This document shows, piece after piece, positions 50,958-64,000 of a stretch of 64,000 nt of DNA. The notes under the pieces were generated by a model, which saw nothing but the letters and a program-made list of their open reading frames with translations, made no database searches and was not told the origin of the DNA. The DNA comes from Mobula hypostoma (taxonomy: Eukaryota), in assembly GCF_963921235.1 (NCBI RefSeq), contig NC_086097.1, positions 10,788,001 through 10,852,000 of the forward strand, written 5' to 3'. Position numbers and translations under genes: made by a program. The stretch's first letter is position 1; each line of letters opens with the position of its first letter.

Positions 50958-51627
50958 AGATTACTATTTATCTATTGTAAATCTTAGGTACATAGTAATC
51001 TATTGTAAGTCTCCACCATTTTGTCATGGCTGGTGCATTTTCCCTCTCAACCCCAATCTCCTGCCATCCCCTGTATCCCTTCATGCCCTGAGTAATCAAG
51101 AATCTATGAGAGACTTGATGGGCCAAATGGCCTATTTCTATTTCTATCTTTTGAATTGCTCTGATGTTGTGTTTAAATGTTGAAGATGACACTGCTGTGA
51201 GGTTTTCACTGGAAGATAGATCCCAAACTTTTATAATGCTTCTTCCCTACAACTGCTAGTGGCTCCATTAGTAACTTGTGACCACAGTGCATTATCCTTC
51301 CTAATCCTCTCTTCAAAGTTTGAGGTGGTTATCAATACCATTCTCCTCCAGAGCAACACACAGTAAATGGTGCAGGTCAGGCAGCATCATTGAAGTGAAA
51401 AAATTGTCGGGGTTTTGGGTCAAGACCCTTCTTCAGGACTGAGGTGAAAGAAGGAAGATGTCAGAATAAAAAGATGCAGGTGGGGAAAGGAGGCTTGCTG
51501 GAAGGTGATAGCTGAAGCCAGGTGGGTGGGAAAGGTCAAGGGCTGGAGAGGAAGGAATCTGATAGGAAAGAAGATTGGGCCATAGGAGAAAGGGAAGGAG
51601 GAAGGGACAAAGGGAAGGGAAAGGCAT

Positions 51628-52105
51628 GTGAGGATATTTACAAGGATGTTGCTGGGTCTGGAGGACCTGAGTTATAAGGAAAGATTGAATAGGTTAGGAC
51701 CTTTTTCCTTGGAAAGTAGAAGATTGAGAGAAAATTTGATAGGGGTATACAAAGTTATGAGGGATATAGGTAGGGTAAATGAAAGCAGGCTTTTTCCACT
51801 GAGTTTCGGTGAGAATACAACCAGATGTCATGGTTTAAGGACGAAAGGTGAAAAGTTTAAGGGGAACATAAGTGGAAACTTCTTCACTCAGCAGTTCTTG
51901 ACAATGTGGAACAAGCTCCCGGCGCAGGTGGTCCATTTGAGCTTGACTTCAATGTTTAAGAGAAGTTTGGGTAGGTACATTCATGAGAAGGGTATGGAGG
52001 GCTATGGTCTGAGTGCAGATCAATGGGAATAGGCAATTTAAATGGTTTGGCACAGACTAGATGACCCAAAGAGCCTGTTTCTGTGCAACACTTTCCTATG
52101 ACTCT
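51628..52105 (+). mobile_element. CR1 3' fragment nested in a minus-strand Penelope remnant (about 51345-52256)
   Basis: RIFTRMLLGLEDLSYKERLNRLG. The flanks continue the purine-rich Penelope tract and the GIY-YIG end. Confidence 0.8.
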
Positions 52106-53269
52106 ATTATCCTAAGAGGTAAAAGGTTAGAATGGGGAAGAGGGGAGAAGGGGAGGAGGAGAGGAGAGAGGGGAGAAACTTTACCATAGAGAAATCGATA
52201 TTCATGCTATACATTGGACGCTAACCAGACAGAATATATGGTGTTGCTCCTCCAACCATCTGTCTAGATTTGTAAAGTAAATCACGAACCCTTTAACCCA
52301 ATTCATCCATTCAGACCAATGTGTCCACTAAAGCTAGTGTCATTTGCCTGCATTTGGACCATTCCATTTCTACCAAACTACTTATCTATATGTCTTTTAA
52401 ATGTTGTAATTGTATCTACCCCAACTCCTTTTTGGCATACACTCCAGCCTCTGTGAAGAAGTTGCCCCTCAGGTCCCTTCTAAATCTCTTATCCGTCACT
52501 TTAAACCCTTGTCAAGTTTTTATTTCCCTTCCCTTCTGAAAATGTTTGTGCGCATTTACCTTATCTGTGTTCCTCTTGGTCTTCTAACCCTCTATAAGAA
52601 CACTCCCTCTCCTCTCAGTGTCCTATATTCCAGTGACTAAAATTCTGGATAGTCCAGCCTCTCCCTATAACTTAGGCCTTCAAGTCCTGGTAATACTTTT
52701 GTAAGTCTTCTTTCTGCATCTACCCATCATCCTCATATTACCTGATTCTACTCCCCACCTACCAGCCCCTGCCTCACCTCTCCTCCCCTACCAGATTCCT
52801 TCTTCTTCAGCCCTTTACCTTTACCACCTTTCACCTCCCAGCTTCTTACTTCAGCACCTTCCCTCACACCTATCACTCGTTCCCCTCCCCCTCTATCTTC
52901 TTATTCGGGCTTCTTCCCCCTTCCTTTCCAGTCCTGATGAATGGTTTCGGCCCAAAATTTCAACTGTTTATTCATTTCCATAGATGCTGCCTGACCTGCT
53001 GAGTTCCTCCAACATTTTGTGTGTGTTACTCTGGATTTCCAGACTGTGCAGAATCTTTCGTGATCATGATGCCCTGCCCCACCCTTCCCTCTCACTTTTA
53101 CTTACTTGCTATCTTCCCTCTACATTCCAATTAGCGATGCAGAATTTAAACAGAAGTCACTTGATTCCCAGAGAAAATCCAGGAGGTAAAGCACCAATGA
53201 AAATTGATCATATCTATATTATCGGTGGTTTGTTCAGTCAGGACTTTGCCTATTATTAGGTTGTACTGG

Positions 53270-54035
53270 ACAGCAAAGATTTTGCTTCCTGAATACTTTT
53301 GGGTGCATAAAACCAAGGCTTAAGAAAAATTTGGTGAAGGCAATGAGAAAGAAAAATGAAGGACTTCAGAATTTGAGACAGATGTTTCCCAGAATAACTG
53401 ATGCCAAGATTAAGGAAGGCATTTTTGGTGGTCTACAAATCAAACAGGTCATAAATGACAGGCAATTCGAAGAAGTTCTAGTGGGGCTGGAGAAAATCAC
53501 ACGAAAGGCCTTCAAGGATGTTGTTGAAAATTTTCTTGACAACTACAGAGTACCATTCTACGTGAAGCTGGTTGATGGCATGCTTCAAACATACAAAACC
53601 ATGAAGAGCAACATGTCACTAAAGATTCATTTTCTGCATTCCCATTTAGAATTCTTCCATGCAAATCTTGGTGCTATCATGGTGCAAGATGTCACCAAGA
53701 CATTGCAGGCATGGAGAAACAGTATCACGGCAACAGGAATCCATCAATGCTGGCTGATTATTGTTGGACACTCAAGCGAGAAGATTCAGACACTGAGTAC
53801 AAACAAAAGTCATCAACAAAACACTTTTAGCTAAGTTGAATTATTGTAAAGTGTCAGCACCACTACGCAATTAAAAACATTATATTCAATGAAAGTTAAT
53901 TTTATTGTTTCTCCTAATTTTACGTAATACAAGTAGTTTGAAATTATATTTGTGTTCAGCTTCAAGTGGTCTATCATAAACAAAAAAAAAATCAATTAAG
54001 GAAGTGACACTTTCAAAAGTATTTGCTGTGCAGTG
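53270..54035 (+). mobile_element. Chapaev-type (CMC superfamily) DNA transposon 3' portion
   Basis: ORF 53331-53834: VKAM...FPRITDAKIKEGIFGGLQIKQ...MSLKIHFLHSHLEFF..NLGA, a recalled Chapaev3-like signature; candidate terminus CAGTG at 54031-54035. Confidence 0.72.
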
Positions 54036-55234
54036 TTATCAGCTGTGTGAAGCTGGCTGCCATTAGTTCTTGCTCTTAATAAACCCAAAGGGATGCAGCA
54101 GTTAGTCCAGCTGCCTCACAGTTCCTGCAACCCAGATTAGATCTTTGAGTTCAAAGTTTAAATTTCAAAGTAAATTAATTATCAAAGTACACACATGTCA
54201 CCATATATAACCCTGAGATTTGTTTTCTTGCAGGCATGCTCAATAAATCAATAACCATGACAGAATCAATGCAAGACCACACCCAACAGGATGGACAGCT
54301 AGTGTGCAAAAGACAGCAAACTGCAAATTCAAAAAGAAAGAAAAAAATAATAATAATGAGTAAGTAAGTAAAAAGGATCGAGAACATGAGATGAAGAATC
54401 CTTGAAAGTGAGTCCATAGATTGTGGGAACAGTTTAGTGAGGGGGCAAGTGGATTTATCTCCTCGGGTTTGAGAGCTTGGTGGCTGAAGAGTTATTACTG
54501 CTCCTGAACCTCATAGTGTGAGTCGTGGGGCTCCTATATCGTCTTCCTGGTGGCATCAGTGAGAGAAGAGCATGACCTGGGTGGTGGGGGTCCCTGACGA
54601 TGGATGCTGCTTCCCTGCGACAGCACTCCATGTAAATGTGCTCAATGGTGGGAAAGGCTTTACCCGTGACAAACCACATCCAGTACTTTTCGTGGGGTTT
54701 TCTGTTCAAGGGCAAAGTTTAAAGTTCAAAGTAGATGCGTTATGAAAGTACATATATGTCATCATATATAACTGAGAAATTCATTTTCTTATGGTCTGAT
54801 TGTTGATATGGAGTTGGCATGTCTGGTTTTCATTTCAAGGGGTTTCACCCAGCTGCATCATTTTCTTTCCAGATCCAAAAGAAGTGACCTTGGTAGGTTA
54901 AATGCCTACTGAGTATTACTGCCGGTGGGGACAGGTGGAAACAGAATTGAGGAGAGGGAGTTAATAGGTCTGTGAGAGAGAAGTAAGAGGAGGAATAGGA
55001 CTGCTAGGAACGCTCCAAGAACTGGCATAGATTTAAGAGGCTCACTAACTTTCTCCTGTAAGTAACAAAATATGAAATGTGAAATATTATCCAATCAGGC
55101 TCAGAGTACCTTGGCAGTAGAACATAGAATAGTACAGCACAGTACAGGCCCTTCGGCCCACAATGTTGTGTCGACCCTCAAACCCTAGTAGTGCAGGTTA
55201 GCCTTATTTTAGGTACCTAACTATTAAAGCAAAT

Positions 55235-55960
55235 TGATATAATTGTTGAAGAAAGTGCAAACATGGGTCTATCCATCAATTGCAAGAAGACAGAATGTAT
55301 AGTGATATCCAAAAAGAAAGAGAATCCTATCTGCAGGCTGAGAATAAACGGGGAAGACATAAAACAAGTACAGAACTTTTGCTACTTAGGAAGCTGGGTG
55401 ACATCAGATGGCAGGTGTGACATGGACATCAAAAGAAGAATAGGGATGGCAAAAGACACTTTTACAAGAATGAAGAGTATACTGACCAACACTAAACTAG
55501 GCATGACAACCAGCCTCAGAGTACTGAAATGTTATGTTTATCCAGTTATGTTATATGGCTCAGAATGTTGGACAATATCTAGTAACATGAGGAAACGAAT
55601 TGTAGCAGCAGAGATGTCGTTTTTGAGGAGGATGCAAAGAATATCATGGATGAAACGAATATCTAACAAGGATGTGAGGAACAGAGCAAACACAAAAAGA
55701 GAAATAATGTATGAGATCATGAAAAGGCAGCGTAACTTCATTGGACATGTGATTAGGAAAGAGGAGTTAGAATACACAGTAATTATGGGAAAGATTGAAG
55801 GGAAGAAAGCAAGAGGAAGAGAAAGACAAATGATGTTGGAGACAGCAGTCAGAGAACTGGAAATGAATACCAATGAATTGATCCACTTGACCTGAAACAA
55901 GAGTGTGTGGGCCATGGTAGTCAAAGCTCAAACTGGGCATGGCACCTGATGATGATAATG
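55235..55960 (+). mobile_element. RTE-clade LINE 3' fragment
   Basis: ORF 55263-55895: GLSINCKKTE, FCYLGS, IKRRIGMAK, LYGSECWT, GKIEGKKARGR; (TGA)n tail. Confidence 0.88.
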
Positions 55961-56471
55961 AACTATTAAGATTTAGATTCATTTATTTGTCACATGTTAA
56001 TCAAAAATGTACAGTGAAATGCTTTGATTGTTTTATCAAACAACACACCTAAGGATGTGCTGGAGGGCCAGCGTGAAAGTGTCATCACACATTCAGCATA
56101 CTGCCCCAGAGGTCAGCGTGACTCTATTCCAGCTCAGAGTGCCAGAGCTCAGAGTTCAATTCCAGCATTGTCTGTAAGGAGATTGTACGTTCTCCCTGTG
56201 ACTGCGTGGGTTTCCTCTGGGTACTCCAGTTCTCTCCCACAGTCCAAAGACATACCGGTTAGTCAGTTAATTGATCCTATTGGTACGGTCATCCGATTCT
56301 GGGACCCACTGGCCTGGGATAGTCCGACATCCATGGTTGTCCTTCATCTCCTGTGCATGTCGCTAATCTTTGAGCATGGAGTGCTGGCCAGAACTCCATT
56401 TGTCCTTCGTCACCCATCCATGTTGCTGGCCTTTGAGTGCAAAGTTCAAAACGAAGGCCTAGACCCTGGAT

Positions 56472-57152
56472 TTTATTATTGACTTTATTTCTTACATCCT
56501 TCACATACATAAGGAGTAAAAATCTTTAAGTTACGTTTCCATCTAAATGTGCAATGTGCAATCATAATAATTTATAATAAATAGAACAGTCAATGTAATA
56601 TAGGGTACACTCAAATCAACGTGAGTTCATCAGTCTGATGGCCTGGTGGAAGAAGCTGTTCTGGATCCTGTTGGTCCTGGCTTTTATGCTGCAGTACCAT
56701 TTTCCGGGTGGTAACAGCTGGAATAATTGTGGTTGGGATGGCTTGGGTCCCCAGTGATCCTACGGGCCCTTTTTACACACCTGTCCTTGTAAATGTCTTG
56801 AATCATGGGAAGTTCACAACTACAGATGCGCTGAGCTGTCTGCACCACTCTCTGCAGAGTCCTGCGATTAAGGGAGGTACAGTTCCCATACCAAGCAGTG
56901 ATGCAGCCAGTCAGGATGCTCTCAATTGTGCCTCTGTAGAAAGTTCTTAGGATTTGGGGGCCCATACCAAACTTGCTCAACCATCTGAGGTGAAAGAGGT
57001 GCTGTTGTGCCTTCTTCACCACACAGCTGGTGTGTACAGACCACGTGAGGTCCTCAATGATGTGGATGCCAAGGAACTAAAAGCTGTTCACCCTCTCAAC
57101 CCCAGATCCATTGATGTCAATAGGGGTTAGCCCATCTCCATTCCTCCTGTAA
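56472..57152 (-). mobile_element. Rex1/Babar 3' fragment
   Basis: KKAQQHLFHLR and ESILTGCITAWYG motifs. Confidence 0.85.
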
Positions 57153-57663
57153 TTCATAAATAAATGTTTATAAAATAAATTTTATTAAAAAAGTGTTCAC
57201 TCTTGTTAATGAGCTTCCTTCATAAGGTGAAATAACTTGGATTACTTTAGATGAGAATGTATTCCCATTTACCTCTTCACAAAGGTGACTGTCAGAATGA
57301 GTGGAGCTAAGGGAGGTGCTTTTTTTCCACAGGAAAAGTTTCACAACATATTGTGCCTCTTGCTGTAAAGAGGGATCTCTAATTTTACCTTGGAAGATCT
57401 CAAGAGCACTTTAGAGTTAAAAGTAAATGTGGATGAATATCTCAGAACTTCTTCTTTAGTTTTTGTGTTAGTCGACTACTTACTGAGATACAAGAGAGAC
57501 TGCAGATGCTGGAAATCTAGATCGACACATACAAAATGCCCAAGGATCTCAGCAGGTCAGATGGTAGATGATGGCAGACCTGTTGAGCTCCTCCAGCGTT
57601 TTGTTGGTCAACCTGTTGCTGCTTTTTGAAGCTGATAATTTTTATAAATCGTATAGAAAGGAT

Positions 57664-58025
57664 AATACAGTTCCTTGGGAAGACCAGACTGAAGGAGCAT
57701 TTCAACAGAAGAAAGCCAAATACCAGGAGTTGGCACAGCAGTGCCCGGGACAGGAGTAGAGGGCACGATTGGAGCCTATAGAGTTGGGGTGTGAAGATTT
57801 TGCTGGCTGCTCACTCTGCCCTCTCTTTGGCAATATGGGAGGTGGGGGAGGGGGGTTTCTGCAAAGAAAAGAGCCATCAGGACTGCAACAGAACCGTGGC
57901 CAATGATGCTGGGACACTAGCCAGAGCCTGACCAACGCCAGCTGGGTCACCTGGCCGAGTGTGCCTGATGTTGAAAGATCGCCTGATGACCCCAGATTAC
58001 ATCGCTGATGATGTGTCCCTGCGCA
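57664..58025 (+). mobile_element. HERO-clade (RLE) non-LTR retrotransposon 3' fragment
   Basis: TVPWEDQTEGAFQQKKAKYQELAQQC...EPIELGCEDFAG matches the recalled LTVPWE..K..KY..L..PIEVGCRGF signature. Confidence 0.75.
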
Positions 58026-59659
58026 TGCCAGCATCAATTACCAAGATATGGTACCAACGTATATTAAAGGCACCACCAATTATCATTACAGAGCAAATGG
58101 CTACAATTCTAAGCTTATTTACACGTTTCGTGATATTTGCCTGGTATCCTGATTAACTGTGAAAGGATAACAATTTATTGTAACTACTGGGGGCAGATGT
58201 TCCTTGAAAATGTTTATGATCATTCAGAGAGTTTCTCAGGATCCCAACACATGAATAATCACAGGAATAGCAAACATTAACAGCCTCGTTTGCATGCCAT
58301 CAGAATTCAAATAGAAAGCATCATTGTAATATCTGTTTGCCATACAAAACGTCAGCAGTCTCAGCGAGATGCACAGCTATTCAATTTTCACATGCAGCCA
58401 AGTAATCCGGCGACATCTACAAAAGGAGATCTAATGCCACTAAATATGATTCATAGAGTTTCTAAAATTTCTGAACTTTCCTCTTCATCATGCAATCCCT
58501 TTTCCCCAAGTCAAAGGTCACAGGTAAGTGAAAGGATGAGGCATGATGCAAACAGCAGGCCCTAGGTACCTGGCCAAACCTACTGGTTTCCTGGGTTTCT
58601 CTGTCCAATACCCATCACCATCATATAAAATGCCAGACCCAAGGTGGTGCAGAGGTTGGCATTAAACCTACAACTTTCAAAGGAGCGTCTTGACATCTTT
58701 AATGCAAAGATTGCCCCCTGGCTTGACAGGCATGAAACCCAAACAATAGAACATAGGACTAGCCTAGGTTGACTCATTATAGAAAGGATGTGGAAGCTTT
58801 AGAGAGGGTGCAGAGGAGGTTTACCAGGATGCTGCCTGAATTAGAGAGCAAGATCTATAATAGAGATTGGGCAAACTTGTGATGTTTTCTCTGATCAAGC
58901 TTTGTAAGATTACAAGAGGCATAGATAGAGTAGATAGAGTGGTGAATGCCTGTGATGCACTGCCTGGGGTGTTGGTAGAGGCAGATACATTAGATAGACA
59001 CAAGAATGTGAGGAAAATGGAGGGATATGGACAGTGTGTAGGCATAAGGGATTAGTTTAGATTGATTACTAATTTATTTGGTTTGGCACAACATTGTGGG
59101 CTGAAGGACCTTCTCCTGGGCTGTACCGTTCTTCATCCTTCTCCATGATGAATCTAACTCTTCCCTCCTACATAAGCCATAACTCTAATTTTTTTTTCAT
59201 CCACATGCCTATCTAGGTGCTTCTTAAATATTCCTAGGGTTCCAGGCACTTATCGCTCTCTGCAATTAGTGCCTACCTCTGGCATGTCCCCGAAACTTTA
59301 CTCCACTCATCTGAAAAGGATGCCCTCGAGTATTAGTCCTGGGAAAATGGTGCTGGTGCTCCACTCTATCTATGACTTATAATCCTAAACATCTTTACAA
59401 AGTTCCCTCTCATCCACTGTCACTCCAAAGAGTAAAGCTGTAGCTCACACAGCCTTTCCTCATGAGATATGCTCCCAATCCAGACAGCATCCTGGTAGAT
59501 CTCCGCTGCCCCCTCTCTATAGCTTCCATATCCTTTCTATAATGAGGTGACCAGAACTGAAAACTGAACAATGACTTACAAAATATATAACAGGTCAGCC
59601 GTATCAAATGTTGCAACTGTTTTCACCTCCATAGATGCAGAGTGATCTGCTGCACAGTT

Positions 59660-60330
59660 AATTGTGGACTTCAGAAGGGGAGAATACTCACCAGTCCTCA
59701 TCAGTGGGAAGAGTGAATGGCTTCAAGTTCCTGGGTGTCGACATCTCTGAGGATCAATTGATGTACTTATGAAAAAAGAGTGCCAGTGATTATATTTCAT
59801 TATGGGATGAGGAGATTTGGTATGTTACCAAAGGCTCTAGTAAATTTCTACAAACGTACCATGAGCAGCATTCCGAATGGTTGCATCACAGCCTGGTACA
59901 GAGACTCCAATGCACAAGATCTATAAAGCTGCAGAGTGGTAAATTCAGCCAACTCCATCACGGGCGCCATCAAGGACATCTACGAAAAGTGATGCCTCAA
60001 GTAGGTGGCATCATTTAAGGACCCTCACAAACCAGGACATGCTCACGTCTCATTGCAACCATCAGAGAGGAGGTATAGGAGCCTAAAGACACATGCTAAA
60101 TGTTTTAGGAACAGCTTCTTCCCCTCTGCCATTAGATTTCTGAATGGTCCATGAAACCACGAACATTAGCTCATTTTTTACTCTCTATTGGCACTACATA
60201 CTTGTTGTTTATATTTCTTATTGTAACTTATCGTAATATTGCACTGTACTTAGAGTATTGCGCTGTACTGCTGACATAAAACAACAAATTTCATGACTTA
60301 TGTTAGTGACAATGGATGTGATTCTGATTC
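59660..60330 (+). mobile_element. Degraded Rex1/Babar 3' fragment
   Basis: attgtggacttcag, ttcaagttcctgggtgtc and aggaacagcttcttcccctctgcc blocks; attctg tail. Confidence 0.75.
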
Positions 60331-62684
60331 TAATTCATTGAATCTGCAGCCAGTTTTGCTTCTGATTGCCAGCATCTGCAGTGTTTTGCTTTCACCTTGC
60401 ATCCTTCTTACTTCATATATTTATAGAGTATATACATCTTCAGCATTACCAGTAATAATTGGTAATGATAGTAATCATAGAACACAAAACATGGAACAGC
60501 ACAGCACAGTACGGCCATTCGGCCCAGGATGATGTGTTGTCCCGTTAACCTACTCCAAGATCAATCTAACCTTTTCTTCCCACATAACCCATCAGGCACC
60601 ATCTTCTTAAACTACTGAACTACCACCATCCTTGACCGCCCATGCTGTTTTACGATAGGAAAGTCCAAGGTTTTTATTTCTTGATTTATACAAATATATT
60701 AAAATACATGACAAAATTCATCACTTAAGAATCAGAATAAGAATCAAGTCTAATATCACTGGCATATGTCGTAAAATTTGTTGTCTTTGCGGCAGCAGTA
60801 CAATGCATTACATAATAATAGAAAAAACTGTGAAATACACGAACGATATATATAAAATAGTTAAAAGTTCAATTATATAAGTAGTGCAAAAATAGAAACT
60901 AAAAAGTAATAAAGTTTCTCAGGGGTTTAATGTCCATTCAGAAATTGGATGGCAGAGAGGAAGAAGGTATCCCTGAATCGTTGTGTGCCTTCGGGCGTCA
61001 GTGCGTAATCATATGTGAGTGATGATAAACCTGATTCTGATATGGTTCTCTCATTGTGGACTGAGAATAGGAAGGGGGCAGGGAGAGGGGAATCGTGATT
61101 GGGAAAAAGGGAAGGGGAAGCGAAAGGAGCTGGAAGCATCAGGGAAAAATTCTGTAGTGATCAATACACCAATTATATATTATTAAGTGACCTTGCCTGG
61201 TGTCTCAGGGCTGGGTGTGGCTGCCCCCATGCTCCTTCTCTGCCACCTGTCCCACACTCCTCCTACTCGGTACATAATTAGATATGTACTAGCATTAGAT
61301 ATTGGCATTAACAAGCAGGTGTACAGATGTACCTAATAAAGGGCCGCTAAAGGTGTTCACAGTCTTCGCAGGGTTCTGCCTCACATCCTCAGTAACCCAG
61401 ATCCGATCTGATCCTGGCTTTCTATGTGAAGTTTGCCCAGATGCGCTTGTGTGGGTTTCCTCTGGGTTCTCCCACTTGCTTTAACGTGACAAGACATATT
61501 GCTCCTTGATTTACTGTGGATAGCTTCCAGTATAGATGGGTGGAAAGAGAATCAAGGTGCAAAGCATAGGAGAGAGTGGGTGGGGAGTGATTATTCTCAG
61601 AGCAGGCATACACTCAATGGGGTGAATGGCCTCTTATGTCAAATAAATATGAGAATGAATGGAAATGCATTTACTAAATTCAGTATGAGCAGTTCCTAAT
61701 TAAAAAAAAACTACCATAATGTTTCTATGTTTTACGCAGCAGGTAAATTTTAATTGTAGGCTTTGAAACAGATGGGAATGTAATGAAGACTCTAAAAACT
61801 GTTGTTAAAATCATTAGAACAATTAAATAACATTAACTTCAAGGCTACTAGACAAATGTTGTGAATCATTTACCAGCAGAAAAGATCCTAAATATCTTAC
61901 ATCACTTAATAAAAACTCTTCGCAGTTTATTAGGACACTGTTTCAAATGAAATTGCCTTAATGGGATTGCCCTCACCTCCACCTCTACCTCTCTCCAGCT
62001 GAATATTCCAAGCTATGTTAGTCTTTTATTAATTTGAATTGAGATTAATCACAAAACACCAAGGAACGTGATTATACATGATTCACATTCAGTCAGTAAA
62101 AGCCATTTGCTGAAAATTTTTGATGATTTAAGAAAAAATCTTTAATGTGCGCACTGAGCGATGGACCAACATTCTTTATTTTTAAAGCTGGTTCGTATTC
62201 CGTCTTGGAAAGAAGACTGATATGAATTCCAAAATGGAGGGAGAGTTTCTCAGAGATTTTGGGTGCTATAGAATCATGGAGACATCAAACACTGCAGCTC
62301 AGATACAGTCCTTTAGGACCATCCAGTCTGTGCTGACTGTTATTCTGCTTAGCTCCATCAACCCACAACCCTGAATTATAAGGTGAATGAGTAGGTTTTG
62401 GGGTACTGTCTTTATTTAAAGTCTGTGTCTTTATTGATGCTTTGCGGCACACATGAATGCTCGGTGAAGGGTGCTGATGCTTTTTGCTAGGGGGTGGGGT
62501 GGTGTTGCCTTGCTGCTCCCTGTGCGTGGGAGGGGGAGTTGGAGGGGGCTTTGGGGTTCTAACGTTTTAACTGTCATTCATTCTTTGGGGCACATCCCTG
62601 TTTTCATGAATGTCTACAAAGAAAAAGAATTTCAGGATGTATATTGTGTACATTTCTCTGATCTTAAATGCTCCTATTGACCTA

Positions 62685-63420
62685 TTGAAACTCTCTTTAC
62701 CTGTGCGATCCATGTACTGATCCAATCTCTTCTTAGATGCTGCAATCATACTTGCATCTACCACTTCTGCTGGTAGCACATTCCATGCTCGCACCACCTT
62801 TTGAGTGAAAATGTTCCTCCTCAGTTTCTTCTTAAATATTCCCCACTTCACCCTTAATATATGACCTCTAATTCTAATCTCTCCCAACCTCAGTAGAAAA
62901 AGCCTGTTTGCATTTATCTACCCAACCCCTCATAATTTTGGGTACCTCTATCAAATCTCTCCTCATACTCCTATGTTCCAGGGAATAAAGTACTAATCAA
63001 TTCAACCTTTCCCTATAACTCAGGTCCTCAAATCCTGGTAACATCCTTGTAAATTTTCTCTGCATTCTTTCAATCTTATTGAAATCTTTCCCGTAGGCAG
63101 GTGACTAGAACTGCACACAATGCTCCAAATTTGGACTTAACAAAGTTTTATACAACTGCGCCATAACATCCCAACTCCAGCAGTCAGAACTTTGACTTAT
63201 GAAAGCCAATGTGCCAGAAGCTCACTTTATGCCCAAATCTGCCACTTTCAAGGAATTGTGGATTCATATTCCTGATCGCTCTGGTCTATCAGAGTTCCCT
63301 CTCCACCCTGGTTTGTTCTCAAAGTGTAACACCTCACAATTGTCCGTATTAAATTCCATCCGCTATTTTTCAACTGGTCCAGATCCCACTGCAAGCTTTG
63401 ATAGTCTTCCTCCCCGCCCA
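62685..63420 (-). mobile_element. Degraded CR1 3' fragment
   Basis: Minus-strand RNIFTQKVVRAWNVLPAEVV. Confidence 0.8.
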
Positions 63421-64000
63421 CTACTTGTTCAATACAGTTGGCACCAGGTTGGGTGCAGAGATTTTATTGAAATAAACTAAGAGAATCAAGGGAAATGAGG
63501 AAATATCAGGAATGTGAGGTTGATCGAGAAATGCAGCAATGTCCTTCCCAAACAGCAGAGCAAACCTGAGACAGTTTAACTGTGATACAATTTCTTCTCT
63601 TGGCCACTGCACAAACTATCATTTTAAGAAAGATGCTATTCTGTACATCATTAGTTTTTTTTAATTATTGTGCTGCATTTGATCTGGAGTAACAATTATT
63701 TTGTTCTCCTTTACAATTGTTTACTGGAAATGACATTAAATAAACTTGGATCTTGAATTTTTTGGTTTAAATAAATTTTTGGTCTTTGTGCAAAAAGAGA
63801 GTTGCATGTAAAAAGACAGGATAGGATATATTTTGGTTTTCATTGGAGGCAGAGCAAAGTGATGATGGCGCTAAACGCCACCTCCTTTGCTTGCATCTTT
63901 GGGAACAGCTCTACTTCCATCTTTAATGTCTCCATTTTCCCCTTTCAGGGTTCTGTTGAAGACCCTGACCTGGAGTTACACGCTGACTACGGTTCTTTGT

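Noticed and set aside
61295..61340. Tc1-like terminal inverted repeat
   Set aside because: Only a short degenerate match, with no convincing partner TIR or transposase.

Overview
This is repeat-saturated vertebrate genomic DNA. The repeat set (CR1 LINEs with octamer/heptamer tails, Rex1/Babar, HE1/V-SINE-like SINEs, Penelope remnants) suggests a cartilaginous fish such as a ray or shark; that is inference. I can support no intact host gene, and almost every ORF in the track is transposon-derived or spurious. Main contents: (1) the 3' end of a decayed endogenous retrovirus (integrase, deleted env TM, an extra membrane ORF, PPT and 3' LTR) at 1-2496; (2) many nested CR1 and Rex1/Babar LINEs, plus RTE, Dong/R4 and HERO fragments; (3) a Chapaev-type transposase fragment, a hAT MITE and solo LTRs; (4) about ten Penelope-like pseudo-LTR remnants carrying minimal hammerhead-ribozyme motifs, including a 132-bp palindrome centred on the predicted cleavage site. 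The most notable feature is a Ty3/Gypsy LTR retrotransposon (26756-30326) whose RT/RNase H/integrase core appears replaced by about 350 nt of contiguous, apparently intron-free host coding sequence resembling the SH3KBP1/CIN85 C-terminal coiled coil. The insert is joined in frame to the pol linker and the integrase tail, which suggests retrovirus-style host gene transduction. Family assignments come from recalled motifs, not database searches, and boundaries of degraded repeats are approximate.
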